From Lama guanicoe (Eukaryota): DNA of 64,000 bases. The notes below the pieces were generated by a model. The model searched no databases and had not been told where the DNA came from. It saw only the letters and a program-made list of their open reading frames with translations. Positions 54,604 to 64,000 of this stretch are shown piece after piece. Position numbers and translations under genes: made by a program. The stretch's first letter is position 1, and every line of letters starts with the position of its first letter. Where the stretch lies: assembly GCA_013239625.1 (NCBI GenBank), contig MU053881.1, positions 14,624,373-14,688,372 of the forward strand, written 5' to 3'.

Positions 54604-56929
54604 CCAATAGTGTGCTTTGGATTCTGAATTCCCCACTGAAAATTTGAAAATAAAGTGGAAATAATATAAATAAATAAAATCTCTCTTGGATTCCAGGGAG
54701 TTCACCGCATGTTTTCAGTCTCTCTCTGAGCCTGGAGACACCAAAAAGGGCTGTATCACATGTGGTGTGTGTTGTTATACATGGACAGCTTGGGGTGTCC
54801 TGGGCCATTAGGGACAGTGGGCATGCTACCGGGTTCAGGAAATGCCTGTAGGTGTAGACTCTAGCTCTGCCCTGCTGCCTCTGTGGAAGAGGAAGAAGAG
54901 GCTTTGTGGAAGTGTTCTACTGCCATTCTTTCTAAGGACACCATGGTGATGTTGGCCAGGGCCAACGTAACCATCAGAGGTGGTACTCTGTCCCGGGAGC
55001 TCTTGGTCACTGTTTGAAAGCACCATGGGAAGCATGGACTGGGTGCAAACATGATGATGGAAGTCAGAGATCTGAGAGATGCATTTTTTAGGCACCATAA
55101 ATAAAGATGGTGAAACAGCCGATGAGAAATCAGAGTGTGGACTTCAGTGTAGTCAGAGAATGTGGGACATTAGCGTAGACAGACATAGAGTGTCCAATGA
55201 GTGTCAGGGAAAATGGGATACCCAGTGTAGGACAGAGAATGTGAATTCACTCAAGGGAGACTAGACAGTGAAGAATGTCCAGTGGAGAACAGAGAACATA
55301 GCACGTGCAATGTAGAATAGGGAGTGAGGAACAGTCAATGTAGAACAGAGATGTTGAGCAAACAATGAAAGATGGAGTACATGGACCAGGAGGAGGCTTT
55401 GGCATTTGCTCTGTATGAGGTGGGAGCCATGGATGGTGGGAGCAGAGGAGGGACATGGTCTGGCTTAAGTGTTAACAGTTGCCCTCAAGCTGTTCAGGGG
55501 AAAACAGACTGTGGGAGGTGGGGTGGGGAAGAGGGGATGGAAGCCACAGAAGACCAGGGAGAAGAGGACTGCAGGTAAGAGATGATGGAGGCTGAACTGG
55601 GTAGAGGCTGTGAAGGGAGTGAGGCTGGATGGGACAATGGTTATACTTGGAAGATGGAGCCATCAGGAGGGGCTGACAGATTAGTTATGGAATGAGAGAG
55701 AGAATTCAAGGTCAACTTCAGAGTTTGGGGATAAGCACCTGGAGGACGGAAATGCCTTCTTTGCAGTAAGGAGGCTGCAGAGGGAAGTTGCCGAGCTCCT
55801 GGGGCCAGGATGTGTGTGAGCTGCCTGTGGCCCGGGTGCTGTGACACCTGTACTCATAATCCTATGCCCAGGGTAGAAGTCTGGGTGTGAAGGAGAGATC
55901 TGGCCCACTCAGAGCCTCAGTATCTTTATCAATTTAATGGTGAAAATTGTCCCAGCATCCTGATATACTGAAGGGAGCACTTTGATCAGTACCCCCATCC
56001 TGGCATGCAGTGGGCCTGCAGCAAACGCCCCCCCCCTTCTTGGTCCCTCTTCTCTGACAAATCCCAGCTTCCCTGGATCCTATCTGGATGCTACCGCCCT
56101 GAGGGGCATCTCATGACTGCCGCGTAGGTCCTGGGAAATCTCAGTGATCCTCACTGCCTTCATGACCCACGGTCTCTCAAGCGGACATACTGAATCCACA
56201 GGACCAAAGTCAACAAATAGTGAATCCCTTGCAAACAGACATCTACATGTGCTCATAAACAAAGAAAAAAACATCCACAGAGACAAGCCAGTCAATTATA
56301 CAGGATCCACTCACAGGCCCCATAAAGACTCTCAGACTTTTAGTCACATCCACATGATATGTCCACAATCAAGCAGACATAATTATCCATAGAAACATAG
56401 CTGGCAAAACTTAGGTTTGAAGCCCTTTCCTCTAAGTCTTGAGACAGAAAACATTAGATTCCTGAGGTTGACATTTTTGTCCTTGATCCAGCCATGCCTG
56501 AAGCTGATACTGATTTTACAGTTTCTTGCTACATGAGCCAAAACTTTCCCTTTACTGCTGGTGCCTATTTGAGTTGGACTTTTTTTGGGGGGGGAGTCTT
56601 GCAACCAGAGTTCTGGCTGATAGAGATGAATAAGACTTTTGCCAGGTGAAAAAGAAAAAGAGAGAGAGAGAGAAGGAGGGGAAAGGGGGGCATTCCAAGA
56701 TGGAAGATGGCGTTACAGAGGCCTGGAGATATTAGAAAGCATGGTCGGTGGCTAGCTGTACTATACTGCGTACAACAGTGTTGGAGACAGACTGAAATTA
56801 GGCAAAGGGGTCTCAATTCAGTCTGAGCAACTGGAAGTCTAGTCAGTAGGAGCCACCGGAAGTTCTTTATCAGGGGAGTTCCACGCTCAGACCTCTCCAG
56901 CGGGAGACAGTGAGTGGATGAATTAGTGT

Positions 56930-57234
56930 GTTCGCCGCAGACCTGCGAAATAGGCGCAGGTAAGGAGACAATCTCAGAGACAGTGGCCACACAGAAATCC
57001 CAGAGACGGTCCCGCCTCAACCGCGGACTGAGCTCGTCACGAGTCTTCGAACTACAACTTCCGGCATGCAACGTGAGCAGCTCCTTGTCCCTCGTGATTT
57101 GCCCTGGCTCCAATCGTGATGATTGGTTGGACCGGCTGCTTGTCAGACCAAAGTAGGGTTCTGATTGGTCTAGTTCCGCGAGGTGCTCCGCGCTCCAGGC
57201 CCCTGGGTCCGGGCACCGCGCTCCCTCCGGCAAC
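56930..57234 (+). promoter_or_regulatory. TMEM161A CpG-island promoter
   Basis: ZNF143/THAP11-type ACTACAACTTCCGGCATGC at 57051-57069; CCAAT boxes at about 57110 (+), 57122 (-) and 57164 (-). Confidence 0.75.
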
Positions 57235-62424
<5,190 letters not shown>

Positions 62425-63648
62425 GTATGTGCAGTCTGGGTCCTGGAATCACCTCCCTCACTCTCTCATGTAAGCTGGTGAGAGTGGAGTTTAGGTGGCT
62501 TTTCCACCTGCACACAGTAGGTGAGAAGGCGACTCCTGGGGCCCAAGAGATCTCCATGGATGCTTGCCACCCTGGGAACCCCCTTGGGCTTTGAGGACAG
62601 GAGACACCCCATCTCACTGTCCCTGATGAATGCCTGCAGCTGTAAATTCACACAGGCACTTCTGTTCCCCTCCAGTCTGTCTTCTACCCAGCAGCCAGAG
62701 TGATTTAATATTTACCTATTCTAATTTAATGTGGGGGAGGAAATAGGTAAATGGTATAAAATTGATAAAATACAAGAAGGTACAGAATGAAAATCACCCT
62801 TCCACACTGGTTCTCCCCAGAGGAAACCTAGGGCACCACATTCCCATACTCTCATCAAACAGTAGTGTATATGGCTTTACACCTTGTTTTTTTTCCCTTA
62901 AAAACAATAAATATTACTGTCCCTTGATGCTATGTCCGTTGTATGTTACAGTAGCATAGTAACAGTAACTTGATACTACATTTTGTAACAGCTACACAAT
63001 ATGTCACTTTATAGATTTTCTGTGATTATTTAACCAGGCCTTGAGTTATGGACTTATTTAAGTCTTTCCACTATTAAATGCTGTTGCACAGAAATCATGT
63101 TGCTACAAGAACAGCCTCGTGCATGTGACCCTGTGCAAGAAAGTGCACTTATAATTTTAATAATGCTGCAAAATTGCCTTTTAGGAAGAGATCAATGAAC
63201 ATGCCTATTTCCCCACATTGTCTCCAATGTGTTCCTCAGACATTTTTGTCTTGAGTGATCTGATGAGTGAAAATATGTGAGGTTGAGCATCTTTTCATAT
63301 GTTGAAGAGCCATTTATATTTCCCTTCCAGAAAAGGTTTGTTCTTTTGCCCAGTTTTCTACTGGGTTTTTGATCCTTTATTGATTTGTAGGAGCCCTTTA
63401 TATATTAAGGTACTTAGCCTTTGTGTGTGATAGGAATTGTAAATATTTTTTCTGTGGACTTTCTCTATTTCTTGAATGATCTTTTAAAAAACAATTTGGA
63501 TTACATCACTTCTCTGCCTGACACCAGACTCTAATGGTCTTTGGGTAAAGATAAAAATCCTCACCATGGCCAACATGGCCCTGCTGACTACTTGAGCTTT
63601 ATCATCACCAATTCTTCCCACCTTTCAATTTTTAAATTATGTAATGAA

Positions 63649-63676
63649 TACACACACACACACACACACACACACA
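63649..63676. repeat. (CA)n microsatellite
   Basis: About 14 CA units. Confidence 0.95.
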
Positions 63677-63739
63677 TAAAAATTACAAAACCAGATAATG
63701 TAAACACTCATTACCCACCTCTACCATTCAAGAGGCTGC

Positions 63740-64000
63740 CTTTTTGTTTTGTTGATAGTTTCCTTTGCTGTGCAGAAGCCTTTTAGTTTGCTGTAGTCCC
63801 ACTTGTTTATTTTTGCTTTTGTTTGTCTTGCCTGAGAATACATGTTCAAAAAAATATTACCAAGACCAGTATCGAATAGCATACCACCTATGTTTTCTTC
63901 TAGGAGTTTTATGGTTTCACCTGTTACATTTAGTCTTTAATGCATTTTGAGTTTATTTTTGTATATGGTGTGAGAAAGTAGTCCACTCTGAGTTTTGCAT
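63740..64000 (-). mobile_element. L1 ORF2 3' region fragment, runs off the window
   Basis: TTTCCTTTGCTGTGCAGAAGC...CCTATGTTTTCTTCTAGGAGTTTTATGGTTTC...TTTTGAGTTTATTTTTGTATATGGTGTGAG. Confidence 0.85.

Noticed and set aside
54680..55100. Unique-looking segment between ATAAATAAA motifs, considered as a processed pseudogene
   Set aside because: The flanking repeat is short and low-complexity, there is no clear tail, and no frame resembled a protein I know. BLASTX would settle it.
55140..55360. Repeating AGTGTAG.ACAGAGAATGT units
   Set aside because: Highly decayed minisatellite beside an L2-like relic; nothing supports a function.

Overview
Mammalian genomic DNA, probably from a camelid (two tRNA-derived SINEs resemble the camelid Vic-1 family). 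The gene order is the reverse of the human 19p13.11 block: NCAN 5' half (minus strand, exons 1-5 plus the start of exon 6), NR2C2AP (+, complete), RFXANK (-, complete), BORCS8/MEF2BNB (+, complete), MEF2B (+, complete) and TMEM161A (+, exons 1-6). I rebuilt the exon structures by hand from splice signals and translation. Most entries in the ORF track are intronic or shadow frames. The points most worth following up are: (1) a 382-bp insertion of unrecognised sequence in BORCS8 intron 1, with a 19-bp target-site duplication, a tail and a coding-like antisense frame; (2) a C19 run in MEF2B exon 9 that removes the SUMO motif and shifts isoform A into the isoform-B frame, probably an assembly artefact; (3) two minor-spliceosome introns (AT-AC in NR2C2AP, GT-AG in TMEM161A); (4) splice phases that permit an in-frame BORCS8-MEF2B fusion; (5) strong RE1, CTCF, octamer, MEF2, RBPJ and AARE motifs. 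I cannot support a wholly new biological system from the sequence alone. All comparisons to human proteins are from memory, not from a search.
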